Assembly (NCBI GenBank): GCA_004431415.1
Contig: QPMI01000621.1
Span: 62,001-126,000 of the forward strand
Reading direction: 5' to 3'
Source of the DNA: Cyanophora paradoxa CCMP329
Lineage: Eukaryota; Plantae; Glaucophyta
DNA length: 64,000 bases
The number at the start of each line of letters is the position of its first letter. Position 1 is the stretch's first letter. Below are positions 10,101 through 19,376 of this stretch, in pieces. The position numbers and the translations under genes are program-made. A model generated the notes under the pieces. The model did not search any database, was not told where the DNA came from, and worked only from the letters and a program-made list of their open reading frames with translations.

Positions 10101-12672
10101 TCGGTGTGCCTTCTTGACCTGTAAACGACCCATTGAGACTAACATAATGATCATTCAAAAATAGCCTTTCAGGTATATTAATCGATTGGTAAAGTGTGAC
10201 TCCATTAAAAACGTTTCCGATTGCATTCAATTGTGCAAAAACTGGCTGTTGATCTATTTCGTCCCAATTGTGCCTATGGGCGAAATCTGTAATATCTGCT
10301 TTGACGTGTTCATGTGCAAAATCCGTAATATCTGCTTTGACATGTTTGTGTGCGAAATCTGTTATTTGGTCTTTTGTGTGAGTATGGGCGAAATCTGTAA
10401 TATCGGCTTTGACGTGTTCATGTGCGAAATCTGTTATTTGCGCTTTTGTGTGAGTATGGTCAAAATCTGTTATTTGATCTTTTGTGTGAGTGTGGGCAAA
10501 ATCTGTGATTTGCGCTTTTGTGTGAGTATGGTCAAAATCCGTAATATCGGCTTTGACATGAGTATGTGCAAAATCCGTAATATCTGCTTTAACATGTTCA
10601 TGGTCTGAGGGTGGGAATTTTTCGGGTGCGTCAGGGATATTATCCCATCTAAAATAATCTTCTGTTACGACTCTTGAAATATTTTCGTTATGAATGTTTT
10701 TCGCTGAGGCTCTCTGATTGATTTCTAAAAGACCCTCAGGAACTCCACCATTATAATTTGTTTTAATCCATGCTACCTCACATTGTTTATAATCATCGCG
10801 ATCTCCTAAAAGTGTTTCTGCTGCGAGTTGCTCACGGCTAAATATTAATTTTGGTCTTGATCCGTCTAAATCGCTTACATTAGTCACATTAATTTGTATT
10901 GTTGCATCTTTGTTATCATAGTTTGCTGGATCAGATGGTAGAGAAATAAATCCTGCTGTCATCGGGACATCATCGGGGTAGTAGTTTGTTAAGTAGATTC
11001 CTGGTTTTGTATTTTTAATTTCAATTCCACCACCAAGTGGTAATATTACATCCCTTGTGGGTGGTCTAATATACAATTCACCGTCCATTGTGGTGCCTGC
11101 ATCGATTCCCTGACGATTCACATAATAATCGTTTAATTGTAATCTTTCTGGTGTGTTTATATTTTGGTAGAGACTCACACCATTGTTAATATCTCCTAAT
11201 AATACATTTCCTGCTGATGCAAAAGTGGGCTGCTCTCGTATTTCGCTCCAAATATGTAAATGGTCTTCTGGCGGAAACTCAGGTGGAATTCCATCGATAT
11301 CGCCCCAATCATGCCTGTGATCTTCAGGTGGATATTTCTCAGGTTTACCCAAGATCTCATCCCAATCATGGTTGTGATCCTCTGGTGGATATCTCGCTGG
11401 TTTGTTGTTGATCTGTTCCCAATCTGGAAAGAACTCAAAAAGCTCCGGTTGTAAACCATCTGGTAAAAACTCCTCATGGGGTTCATAAGGTTGCTCATAA
11501 TCCACAACTGGTGGTTCGAGACCATCTGCTAAATATTCCTCATGGGGTTCATAATTCTGTTCATACTCATACTCTTGTGGATCTAAACCATCGGGTAAAT
11601 ACTCTTCCTCATTTGGGTCGTATTGATCATACTCATACTCTTGCGGGTCGAAACCGTCAGGTAAATACTCTTCCTCATCTGGGACAAATTGGTAATCATC
11701 AAGCTCTAATATATCGATTTCAGGAGGTAAATACTGTTCATCTATTTGTTTTTTCGGTTCGAAGATAGGTTTATTGCGAACTTGCTCCCAACTGACAATA
11801 TGTTGACCAAAAGGAACTGTCTCATCAGCAACTCGCTCTCGACCAGGTCCATCCGGGATTGGCGGCTTTGGTAACCCTGGAAGAGGTGGTATAGGGACAA
11901 TAGGTCCGAAGTAGTAGTTGAAAATGTTGATAACCTGCTCTTCGGTGCTAACCTTCTTACCATCCTGATAAATATTAGTTCCATGAATATTTCTCCACTG
12001 CCTGGTGCGAAGCCCTAGGTCATATCTATCATGCAATGCCGGGAGCAGGTGCCTGTCAGCCTCAATCAAGATAGAGCCGAAGGTGCATCCAGGAATATCG
12101 AACCTGGTGGCTGGCTCGGTATCGATTTGATTTACATCAAACCCGAAAAGAAGATTTGCTTCTCGTGCATCGGTATATAGTAAATCCCAGGGGAACGGCT
12201 GAATTTGTGATGCAAGCACTGATATTGCAGCATCTTCGCCAAGGAGAATTCGCCCAGTGATGTGAGCTGCAGTTTTGTTTGCGACATCATTTGATTCATC
12301 AATTAGACGTAGAGCTGATGTGTGGACCCCTCTATCATTTTGTAGCCTAAATATCAATCTACCGGAATCATACTTGGAGACTGTGCCTGAGGAGGCAATG
12401 CGAAGGTGTCGTGGCAACGCCCTGGACCCAATAATTTCAGCAACAAAGTTCTCAGTGGGACCAAGACAGAATCTCTGTGCAATATCCGGGGCACCAACGT
12501 GGGAGTTCCGCAGAATTAATGCAGCTGGTCGACTAAACTCGGTCCTGTGGATGTCACGATCAGCATTGAAGTCTGCCAAGATGCTTCCGAAAACGCGAAT
12601 ATTTATGAGTCGATCATCAACGAAATCTGGAGATCTACGAAGTGGCACTGGCTTCTTCAAGATGTAGGACAT
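7162..12672 (-). CDS. Large modular fibre/spike protein with C-terminal peptidase S74-type intramolecular chaperone
   Basis: C-terminal SDRRYKTDIKNI..AL..IEKLQGVSY...LGLIAQDVEKVIPEVV plus coiled coil; HTHTKAQITDF and HDWDEI..KP repeats; P..HDRYDLG....QW motif typical of phage tail fibres. Confidence 0.85.
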   Translation of the reverse strand: MSYILKKPVPLRRSPDFVDDRLINIRVFGSILADFNADRDIHRTEFSRPAALILRNSHVGAPDIAQRFCLGPTENFVAEIIGSRALPRHLRIASSGTVSKYDSGRLIFRLQNDRGVHTSALRLIDESNDVANKTAAHITGRILLGEDAAISVLASQIQPFPWDLLYTDAREANLLFGFDVNQIDTEPATRFDIPGCTFGSILIEADRHLLPALHDRYDLGLRTRQWRNIHGTNIYQDGKKVSTEEQVINIFNYYFGPIVPIPPLPGLPKPPIPDGPGRERVADETVPFGQHIVSWEQVRNKPIFEPKKQIDEQYLPPEIDILELDDYQFVPDEEEYLPDGFDPQEYEYDQYDPNEEEYLPDGLDPQEYEYEQNYEPHEEYLADGLEPPVVDYEQPYEPHEEFLPDGLQPELFEFFPDWEQINNKPARYPPEDHNHDWDEILGKPEKYPPEDHRHDWGDIDGIPPEFPPEDHLHIWSEIREQPTFASAGNVLLGDINNGVSLYQNINTPERLQLNDYYVNRQGIDAGTTMDGELYIRPPTRDVILPLGGGIEIKNTKPGIYLTNYYPDDVPMTAGFISLPSDPANYDNKDATIQINVTNVSDLDGSRPKLIFSREQLAAETLLGDRDDYKQCEVAWIKTNYNGGVPEGLLEINQRASAKNIHNENISRVVTEDYFRWDNIPDAPEKFPPSDHEHVKADITDFAHTHVKADITDFDHTHTKAQITDFAHTHTKDQITDFDHTHTKAQITDFAHEHVKADITDFAHTHTKDQITDFAHKHVKADITDFAHEHVKADITDFAHRHNWDEIDQQPVFAQLNAIGNVFNGVTLYQSINIPERLFLNDHYVSLNGSFTGQEGTPMVGTLAVRLPRDSIVNTIYDGDFNVGINDTFPSIYVTNYHPGETGQVADFSAAIQINVTDQSAYDGARPKIVFTREKVVNYLPVVGQPTDDHGKCEMAWIKTTTGGALEVNQRMAAKNLHNTTLSGVVTDDYLENKDYVTNTELQLAVTDFVTDTDLTAALANYLPLTGGTVTGTVNATTLQIGGTTIPKGYDFDQLDVVSSDRSANNWNLNWVARTGQTGCYTTPHNDEDCSGCWMRWTVPEGMKSFYIQHMPWANCRYYDIYGQTANNYQHFLKRINAYQGIQAVNQDGTHNTVLFASINCEFYTKIYIQGRKGRIHLTGVFGWSRQRATDNELGMISWDNIFSKPSFYSAADLPATAKWTVDNWLKSTDNIERFWFGNGNTTYIRGYGNSDNVCVEFRNGSDLALLKSYNDGNLWVGGTLNVTTSVSAPSITGTTINATTIDVATLKRNGYDVPKCYAFDDTVAGGAYQLLSGTWITGGGWYWDPGYNYGSYAHNSEYDDIAAPTTTWIQYTIPTALVNGTAFLTHLPWTNGRYFEIWGVRSNGAIVFITRVNNYQPHDGSSDGYHNGVNNVPIFLAGRFTHIRIYPKVGRVHIMGIGFTHDRAHSSSYGGSTGFIHWNNVYSKPTFPSSYLTLTDVTNSIGNITSFDVVSGWNSATVYFVGSWGTGWKPTTDNPVEGFYSTITDDQTSSDYMQMEVPSGMRTCHVQYFCWTNCRYFDIGGYRNNRWNHIMRVNTYQNAGNTYADSLWHEGLIWTSFFCENFTHIRFVARKGRCHIGMIGWTKEKGRTAPANGMISWDNVFSKPNCATWPVDTWITSSEGNGRVYFGSSSTTYIKGYGYEMIHFRNGVDITMQAFYNDGNAYFWGWLTQGSDRRYKTDIKNITGALSAIEKLQGVSYKKIGDEKQKVNLGLIAQDVEKVIPEVVGKNHENYLTLAYTGLIPVLIEAVKELSKKCKDLTQTCENLQSQIDQWRSQAA
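10270..10610 (-). repeat. 33-bp coding tandem repeat (~10 copies; H[T/E]H[T/V]KA[D/Q]ITDF[A/D])
   Basis: Visible in both the DNA and the translation. Confidence 0.9.
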
Positions 12673-12696
12673 TTTTATATAAGCCCCCTTTTAAAA

Positions 12697-14180
12697 ATGA
12701 AGGTCATTCTCTCACTATCAGGTGGAGGTGCTCGTGGCATAGTCATTGCCCGAATTCTACAGCGGATTGAGGCGATTACTGGGAAAGCAATACCACAGCT
12801 GTTTGATTTCTTTGCAGGCACCTCAACAGGGGCGATAATAGCGGCCGGTTTGGCTATTCCATCAACTCCAGGCTCTGTTCTTGCTTACCGATATTCTGCA
12901 GGTGATATCTTGAGTCTATATCAAACGAACCTGCCAACAATATTTGCAAATCCAAGATCACTGACAAGCTTGCTCTCAGGCAGCCGCTATGATGCAAACC
13001 CTCTGGAGTCGGTGCTCACAGACGTTGCCCAGGACTACACAATTGCAGAATCGACAAAAGATGTATTAATAACAGCGTTTGATACAGTTCGGATGCAGCC
13101 CGTAGTTTTTACGAAGGATGGGCCATATTCAAGCACGCTGATTCGTGATGCAGTGAGAGCATCTTCTGCAGCGCCTACATTCTTTCCACCGAAGGTTCTA
13201 GGGGACAAAAACCTTGTTGACGGGGCAATTGCCTGTTTGAATAATCCCTCAGTTGCTGCACTCAGCCACGCCAGTAAAATTTACGATGCAGAAGATCCAA
13301 TTGTTCTTGTGAGCATTAGCTGTGGTGAAGTCCAAGCCAGTGAGCAATTGACTGCAGGCTTTTCGAATTCGGAGACGTCAGGCTGGGGCGCACTGGGCTG
13401 GATCCTATCCCTCTCAGGCAGCCCAATCATTTCTATGCTAATGGCTGGTAGCGAGCTGGAATCGCACTTTCAAATGCAGGAACTGCTTCCAGTTGATGCG
13501 GATAGGAATCTAACAAGATACTGGCGTTTAAGTGTTCCGCTACCAGCTGCAGTCATGAGCAAGCTTGACGATGCCTCCCCATCGAATATTTCTTATTTGA
13601 TTTCCACGACAGATTTATGGCTGAAACAAATCGAAATAAATGCTAAAATAAATGCACTCTGCAGCTTTCTACTGGCGAACTATGACCTACTGAACGATGA
13701 GAGACTAATCATATCGTCTACTTTAACAGTTGAGCCGCCATTTGATGTCAACTGGTTTATAATTCCAGATGCAAACATTACAAGCAACGACTTTGAGGAA
13801 TTGCACCCACCTTCTCATGTGCGACCCAACTCAACAGGGTTCCAAGGGGCACTTTACCTAATCCCTGGATTAAAGTCGAGTTTCCCAAGCCTTTTGAGCT
13901 ACATCAAATCATTATGTATGGGCCAGCATTTGCTGCCGGAGTCCTATTTAATTTCAGCATTCTGACCAACTTAGGATATGTCCAAGATGGGAGGCTTTTT
14001 GAAAATACGGTCCTAGCAAATGTGCTTGCTGCGAACCCAACAATGGCAGGCTTCGATCTAATGCATAGTGACTCGCATTTGTTCACCCCACAGGTATATA
14101 ACTATGTGCAAATTATAACAAACGAATTTATAAATGTGAATGCATTCCGGCTTGATTTCCGGGGACGTTACATTAATTAG
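12697..14180 (+). CDS. Patatin-like phospholipase fused to an F5/8 type C (discoidin)-like domain; single frameshift near 13846-13849
   Basis: LSGGGARG, GTSTG, DGA motifs. Adding one G to the GGGG run gives ...QGGTLPNPWIKVEFPKPFELHQIIMYG... and joins ORF 13914..14180, whose end (FRLDFRGRYIN) matches the PLV-2 patatin end (CRIDFEGYYV). Confidence 0.88.
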
Positions 14181-14505
14181 GAGGCGGCATGAATGCCCAG
14201 GAAATCAGAGAGAGTCCAAGACGTGTTGGAATAGTTCTGCCAGATTTATCTTTCTCCCAAAATGGTGCTCCATTACGCCCTCCCAGTCGCCTCTTAATGT
14301 AATTCTCTCTTCGCTGATACCAAGTTGTGTTTCTGGTTGCGAGCTCCTTTTTGATTCCGTCAGGACCAAATCGGCGGTAAGCTTGCAGAAAACCTAGGTT
14401 TGTTTGTGTGCTTGGCTTATCTCCAATCGCAACAAGTGATACTTTTTTGTCCCGCATCAACGGTAAGTACTTTTCAATCTGAGCTATGGGCATCAACTGC
14501 GACAT
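14173..14505 (-). CDS. Hypothetical basic viral protein
   Basis: 110-aa ATG ORF with AT-rich leader; GFLQAY...W.QRR..YI.R...PTR..LSLISWA pattern resembles small uncharacterised proteins of large DNA viruses (from memory, unverified). Confidence 0.6.
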   Translation of the reverse strand: MSQLMPIAQIEKYLPLMRDKKVSLVAIGDKPSTQTNLGFLQAYRRFGPDGIKKELATRNTTWYQRRENYIKRRLGGRNGAPFWEKDKSGRTIPTRLGLSLISWAFMPPPN

Positions 14506-14635
14506 TTTTTATATATTGTGCCAAGAAATAAAACGGGGCGCAACCCAGGCGCAGCCGAGCGAGCGGCTTGTCTGCGACTTTTCAAATCAGTTTGGCGCAG
14601 CGGTCGCTGCTTGTCTGCAACTCTGGCGACTTTCC

Positions 14636-15552
14636 CTAAGTGATGAACTGGAGCTCCCCAGACCATGGCAATCCATTCAGTAATACATCATCACCATCTC
14701 TGTCTACAATGCGCAGTCGCAAGGAAGTCAGCACAAGACGCTCTTCGATGGAGATCCATTCGCTTTGATGATCCTGATTTATATAAACGAATTTGCCAAC
14801 GTCCTGACTCATTTGAATTCGAGCAAGCCCGTAGTTGCACATTGTTTTGGCCCCACGGCGAAGCTTTGAAGCAAATGGTCGAAGCTCTTCACAGACTAGG
14901 AATAGATACTGGTCGCTGTTCATGTCAATTATCTTTGGAAATTCGACAGCATAACCAAGTGGCTCACTCCGCATTCTTTCGGTGAAATCCACGCCATATT
15001 CAGGGTGTGAAGGTGTTACTGGAATGCCAGCAACCTCGAGATATCGCTCAGCTGCAGTTACTGATCTTTGTCCTCCTTCAAACACGATAGGAGACAGCTG
15101 GAGGGGCTCATTTCGGTTCAGCCCTAGCAGATTCGATAGAGCTTTGAACTGGCAGGTTACTGTGCAGGAACGGTTGCAATAGGCAGACATCTTCAGTGTC
15201 TCTGGGTCCCGAAACAATTTGAAATATGCTATTACGATTCCCCCAGTTCAAACTTAAACGATAGGCCAAAGTTGTAAAGATCTGTTTCGCCCATATTTGC
15301 AGTAGTAATTATACCAGGCTCAAAAACTGCCAGATTTTCCGTCCAAATGTTGGGGAAGGTGATCGAAAGATACTCATCTCTAATGCTCGTGTAAAGGCTG
15401 TTTGCGAACTCACACTGGGTAAGTCGAACAGCAACTGGATTGATTATAGGTTCATTTATTTCTAGCACAAAGTTTGCCTCTGAATCGATTGGCCTTCTGT
15501 CTCTACTGTCAAAGCTGAGCCTGACGCAGCGTCGATGCTTGTCTTCGACCAT
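14636..15552 (-). CDS. Minor capsid (penton-like) protein 2; frameshift in C-run 15240-15244
   Basis: N-terminal FDSRDR...F.LE...PI.N..AVRL...EF.NS; C-terminal YLFL..EEL, ARIQM, L.SLRLRIVD.DG....LNGL.WS.ELQ. One added base joins ORFs 15232..15552 and 14636..15217. Homologous to 56279..57124. Confidence 0.8.
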
Positions 15553-15579
15553 TTTTATTCTCTAACTGATATAAAAAAG

Positions 15580-16536
15580 ATGCCGACGGACTACGTCTGC
15601 ATTGCAAGCCACCAAGCGGATGAGCTGACATCCACCTCAAAATTTAAAGTAAGACTGCCTAAAGTTTATCAGGATGTAAAAGCTGTGCGCTTGGTATCAG
15701 CTGAGATCCCCAACACAATGAGCACAGTTGATGCACTCGATCCAGCAGAGGATTTAGTGTTTGACACGTATATATATTGGTGCAAATATGATCCTGCAAA
15801 TGAGGGACCCGACCCACCTCAGCCAGGTTTTGGAGCCTGGAATAACATTACAATTCCACCTGGAAATTACGACGTCACCTCGCTTGTGACAAAGATAAAC
15901 GAAAGGTTGACGGGGACTGGTATCACGTGCACGTATAATTCAGCAGTTAAATCAATAGGGTTCACAGCTAGCTTCGAGTTCTTTATTGCTCTGATGTTGG
16001 CTCCGAACCTGGGTGGGCGGGAAATCAGAAACTACCAGGCTGTTGCTAGGGCTCAGCGAACTGCAAAGCTGCTAGGCTTGCGATCAATTCTACCGATTCG
16101 GTCAAAGACATTATCTATAAATACTGAATATATAGCAGGCGCTTATGAGCCTGATGTCACTCCCGATGATCATGTGCTCCTACGCATTCCTGAAATTGGT
16201 GACCTTGTCAGTATGCCCAATACTTCAATTCCTGGCTTCTTCTCAAAGCTCAGCATTCCCAGCGTCCTGCGTCCTGGTGAGACAGCCTACTACGATTCAA
16301 CTGAAGCAACTCCTTTGTATAAGTATGTTTATTCAAAGCTGGACCTGTACTCTGTGACTATTGAGATATACGATTTTATGCAGCGAATCGCTGATTTAAA
16401 TGGAGCTCCTGTGTCATTTATTCTCGAAATTCGTTATGGTCCTGACGAACCCAATGGTGATGTTGTTTACGAACTTGCAAAACTTCAGCTCCAGAAAAGG
16501 TCAAAAACATATCCTTGGATCAATTCGTCAAACTGA
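15580..16536 (+). CDS. Minor capsid (penton-like) protein 1
   Basis: FKVRLPKVYQDVKAVRLVSAEIPN, ITIPPGNY, L.SVTIEIYD....ADLNG..VSFILEI: single-jelly-roll minor capsid pattern of PLV/NCLDV. Confidence 0.82.
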   Translation: MPTDYVCIASHQADELTSTSKFKVRLPKVYQDVKAVRLVSAEIPNTMSTVDALDPAEDLVFDTYIYWCKYDPANEGPDPPQPGFGAWNNITIPPGNYDVTSLVTKINERLTGTGITCTYNSAVKSIGFTASFEFFIALMLAPNLGGREIRNYQAVARAQRTAKLLGLRSILPIRSKTLSINTEYIAGAYEPDVTPDDHVLLRIPEIGDLVSMPNTSIPGFFSKLSIPSVLRPGETAYYDSTEATPLYKYVYSKLDLYSVTIEIYDFMQRIADLNGAPVSFILEIRYGPDEPNGDVVYELAKLQLQKRSKTYPWINSSN

Positions 16537-16587
16537 GTCTTGGTGAAGCGGCAGAATTATTTTCTTTCACTGCAATTATATAAATCG

Positions 16588-17976
16588 ATGGATGTTACTC
16601 AGAATTTGCAGCGACTTGGCCTCAAAGAGCTCCTCACGACACCTCAGGAAGCAAAGGACTTCTTCATGAACAATGAGCTTATGTTGGGTCTAACGAGCCA
16701 AACCAAGCCTGTTCGTGTTGTTGTCAACCCAAGCAATGACTATGGAGACTGCTTCGGAAAGAGGGTTACTTATTTCCTGCCCCGATACAACTTCCTTCAG
16801 GGGCTCGAACTCCAGTTTACCCTGCCCGAGTTGACCGCTTTTACTGGTGACACTGACCTGGTTCGCACTGGTTATCTGCGGTCTGTTGGTGCTCTTGTAA
16901 AGCGAATTGAAATCAAATATGCTTCCTACAGCTACATTGTCCCCGAGGACTGGCTTGTTCACAGCGCACTGATTTACAATGATGATGCTCAGCTCAAAAA
17001 GAAATACCGGTCAGGTGGCTGGCTACATGGAACACCACCTCAGGGGACAAATCGCACTGGAGGTATTTTCAGTGTAAAAATCCCCTGTCCATGGGAGGGT
17101 TCAGTGCTACCCATTGGTGCTCTATCTGGCGAGGTTTCTGTCGAGGTTTGGTTCCGTGATCGTGCCCAGGGCTTCGTCGAAACCAGCTATGGTGGTAGGT
17201 TTGTAACAGAATATGCCATAGGCGGTGATGCTTCTAAAGAAGATGGACTCGGGAGCGTGGGAGCTGCTGCTGCATCCCCTGCAAACATCGGCCAGAATAT
17301 AACTCCCAATGTTCTCAGTGTCACCCCTGCCAATCCGGAGCTTTCTAATCCTAAGATTATTGCTCATTGCATCAACGTTGATGAGGCCACTTTTGCCCAG
17401 GTTATTGAGAAAGTCAAAACGTCTGGAATTGCAATTCCCGCTACCGATGTCGGCTGGGTTGATGCTGATTCAATTACTTATGCTGGTGCTGGTGCGCCCA
17501 CCCGGATTAATCTGTCTCAAATCAGTGGACTATGCTACGGCCTGTTCGTTAGCATTCGCAAGCAGCCAAACATGAACCAAACTGACGGAAAACACAGTGT
17601 CCTCAAAACCGAGGCAAATGCTCGCGATATAACTATTTCCTGCGAATTAAATGGCCAGCGACTTTATTCAAACGAGCCCGTTCCTCTCCTGCAAGGTGCC
17701 GAACTCATCGCTGATGTCTTCAAGTGCTCCAATCTCGACGCTCCTTTGAATAGATACGTGCTGACGGGTTTGCCATTTTGCATTAGTGGAGACAAATCGA
17801 TTCGAAATGCTGCTCAAACTGGTTTCGTAGATCTGACGAACTCCAGCAGCTGCTTCCTGAATATCATGAACCCTGCTGCTTACGATGCTAACAACAAGAT
17901 TTACGTCCAGGTTCGAGCACTCCTGCACACTGTACTAATTGTTGATGCTGCGGGTCTTCGCAAGGTGAACCTCTAA
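16588..17976 (+). CDS. Major capsid protein (double jelly roll, NCLDV-like N-terminus)
   Basis: FGKRVTYFLPRYNFLQGLELQFTLPEL, ALVKRIEIKY, VKIPCPW...LPIGAL..EVSVEVWFR; ~460 aa; lies between penton and ATPase; homolog in PLV-2. Confidence 0.8.
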   Translation: MDVTQNLQRLGLKELLTTPQEAKDFFMNNELMLGLTSQTKPVRVVVNPSNDYGDCFGKRVTYFLPRYNFLQGLELQFTLPELTAFTGDTDLVRTGYLRSVGALVKRIEIKYASYSYIVPEDWLVHSALIYNDDAQLKKKYRSGGWLHGTPPQGTNRTGGIFSVKIPCPWEGSVLPIGALSGEVSVEVWFRDRAQGFVETSYGGRFVTEYAIGGDASKEDGLGSVGAAAASPANIGQNITPNVLSVTPANPELSNPKIIAHCINVDEATFAQVIEKVKTSGIAIPATDVGWVDADSITYAGAGAPTRINLSQISGLCYGLFVSIRKQPNMNQTDGKHSVLKTEANARDITISCELNGQRLYSNEPVPLLQGAELIADVFKCSNLDAPLNRYVLTGLPFCISGDKSIRNAAQTGFVDLTNSSSCFLNIMNPAAYDANNKIYVQVRALLHTVLIVDAAGLRKVNL

Positions 17977-17996
17977 TTTCACCGACTATCTTTTTG

Positions 17997-18737
17997 ATGG
18001 ATGGGTCAGACGAGCTCGCACAGTTCCAGCCGGGAGAAATGAGGGTTCCTTTCAAAGCCCTATTTATTTCAAAGTCTAATAGCGGCAAATCTTTCTACTG
18101 CACAAAGCATTTACTTAGACTGTTATATCCAAAGATCAATCGAGTTGTTGTGTTTACCGCCACCAAATTCAATGGTGAATACGAAGCAATAACTAAAGAG
18201 CTTTACGACGATTTTCAGCCATCTATTGTTGCAGAAATCATTGATTCACAGCGCGCTCTAATCGAAAACAAAAAGAAAGCGCCGCAGATATTACTTGTAT
18301 TGGACGATCTTGTTGCTGCATCTGAAACTGTTGATCTTCGAAACAGCAAGGTTGTTAATCGACTTTTTATGCAGTGCCGCCATTTTTGCATTTCTACGAT
18401 TTTAATGTCGCAAAAACTAACAGCATTGAGTCAATCTATAAGATCGAACAGTGATTACTGCTTTTTCTTTAGCTATTCAAATCACACCGAACTTGAGGCA
18501 ATTTATCGAGACTTTTCACACCTACCAAAGGATAAGTTCATCGCCTTGTTCGAGACTTGGGCGCACGATTATCAGTGCTTAGTTTTGGATGGAACTAAAT
18601 ATGATACTGCCTGGTACGTTGATAAAGCCGTCGAAGATAAGAGTTTTCGTTTCTCTAAATGGCTAAAACAAGAAGAAGAGTCTAAAAAAGAATTACCTGT
18701 TATCTCTAAAAAAAGGCGTTTTAAAATATTATCTTAA
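17997..18737 (+). CDS. A32-like (FtsK/HerA) genome-packaging ATPase
   Basis: Walker A variant SKSNSGKS, Walker B LLVLDD, CRHFCIS..LMSQ, IRSNSDY. Confidence 0.9.
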   Translation: MDGSDELAQFQPGEMRVPFKALFISKSNSGKSFYCTKHLLRLLYPKINRVVVFTATKFNGEYEAITKELYDDFQPSIVAEIIDSQRALIENKKKAPQILLVLDDLVAASETVDLRNSKVVNRLFMQCRHFCISTILMSQKLTALSQSIRSNSDYCFFFSYSNHTELEAIYRDFSHLPKDKFIALFETWAHDYQCLVLDGTKYDTAWYVDKAVEDKSFRFSKWLKQEEESKKELPVISKKRRFKILS

Positions 18738-18746
18738 TAAAATAAG

Positions 18747-19376
18747 ATGGGTCGCGGGATTCCTAAAAAGGGTTATCGTGAAAGACGCAAGGTTAATGTT
18801 GTTGAACCACTAGTTGAAAGTGGGTCGACTGAAGGCGCAGCTGTTGCTAATCCTAGCGGGGAACTCGCAAGTAACCCCCAATTAAATGCCCCTGTAGCGA
18901 AAACGATCGCCTCGGCAGCAGCTAATGCAAGTGCGGTTGACGATCGACAAAGCCAGGTCAAAATTGTAAACGAAATGCAGTCTGATATCGATGATGATGC
19001 TGCTAGAATTATCCAAGCCATGGCCTCTGAACCACGCTATTCAGGGCCAAAAATCAAGACAGCATCAGTATCAAAAAGTCAGATCGAGGAACTAACAGCT
19101 AAATTGCGCGACCTGGAGGCTCGATCGGCTAATATCGAATCGTATGTAAAAGACAAGCAAGAAAGAGCTAAGATCCGCGAGATGTTGCGAAGCGAGATGT
19201 TTAAGCACAGACCTATGGACGTACCAGATTTACGCTATTTGAAAAATGAAAAAATAAAGGCTTCACAAGTTCTCGATTCTGCCGAAGTAAAGCCAGCAAC
19301 TCCCAATATTTCTGAGCCAAATTCTACTGGGTCGCAACTGAAGAATGCGATTGGAGGGAGACGAATTCGTCTGTGA
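18747..19376 (+). CDS. Conserved coiled-coil protein downstream of ATPase
   Basis: KLRDLE..SANIESYVKD.QER.K and terminal IGGRRIRL match PLV-2 ORF 51585..52268 in the same syntenic position. Confidence 0.75.
   Translation: MGRGIPKKGYRERRKVNVVEPLVESGSTEGAAVANPSGELASNPQLNAPVAKTIASAAANASAVDDRQSQVKIVNEMQSDIDDDAARIIQAMASEPRYSGPKIKTASVSKSQIEELTAKLRDLEARSANIESYVKDKQERAKIREMLRSEMFKHRPMDVPDLRYLKNEKIKASQVLDSAEVKPATPNISEPNSTGSQLKNAIGGRRIRL

Noticed and set aside
10270-10610. 33-bp and 54-bp (63609-63808) arrays as CRISPR or regulatory repeats
   Set aside because: Unit lengths are multiples of three and encode tail-fibre peptide repeats in frame.
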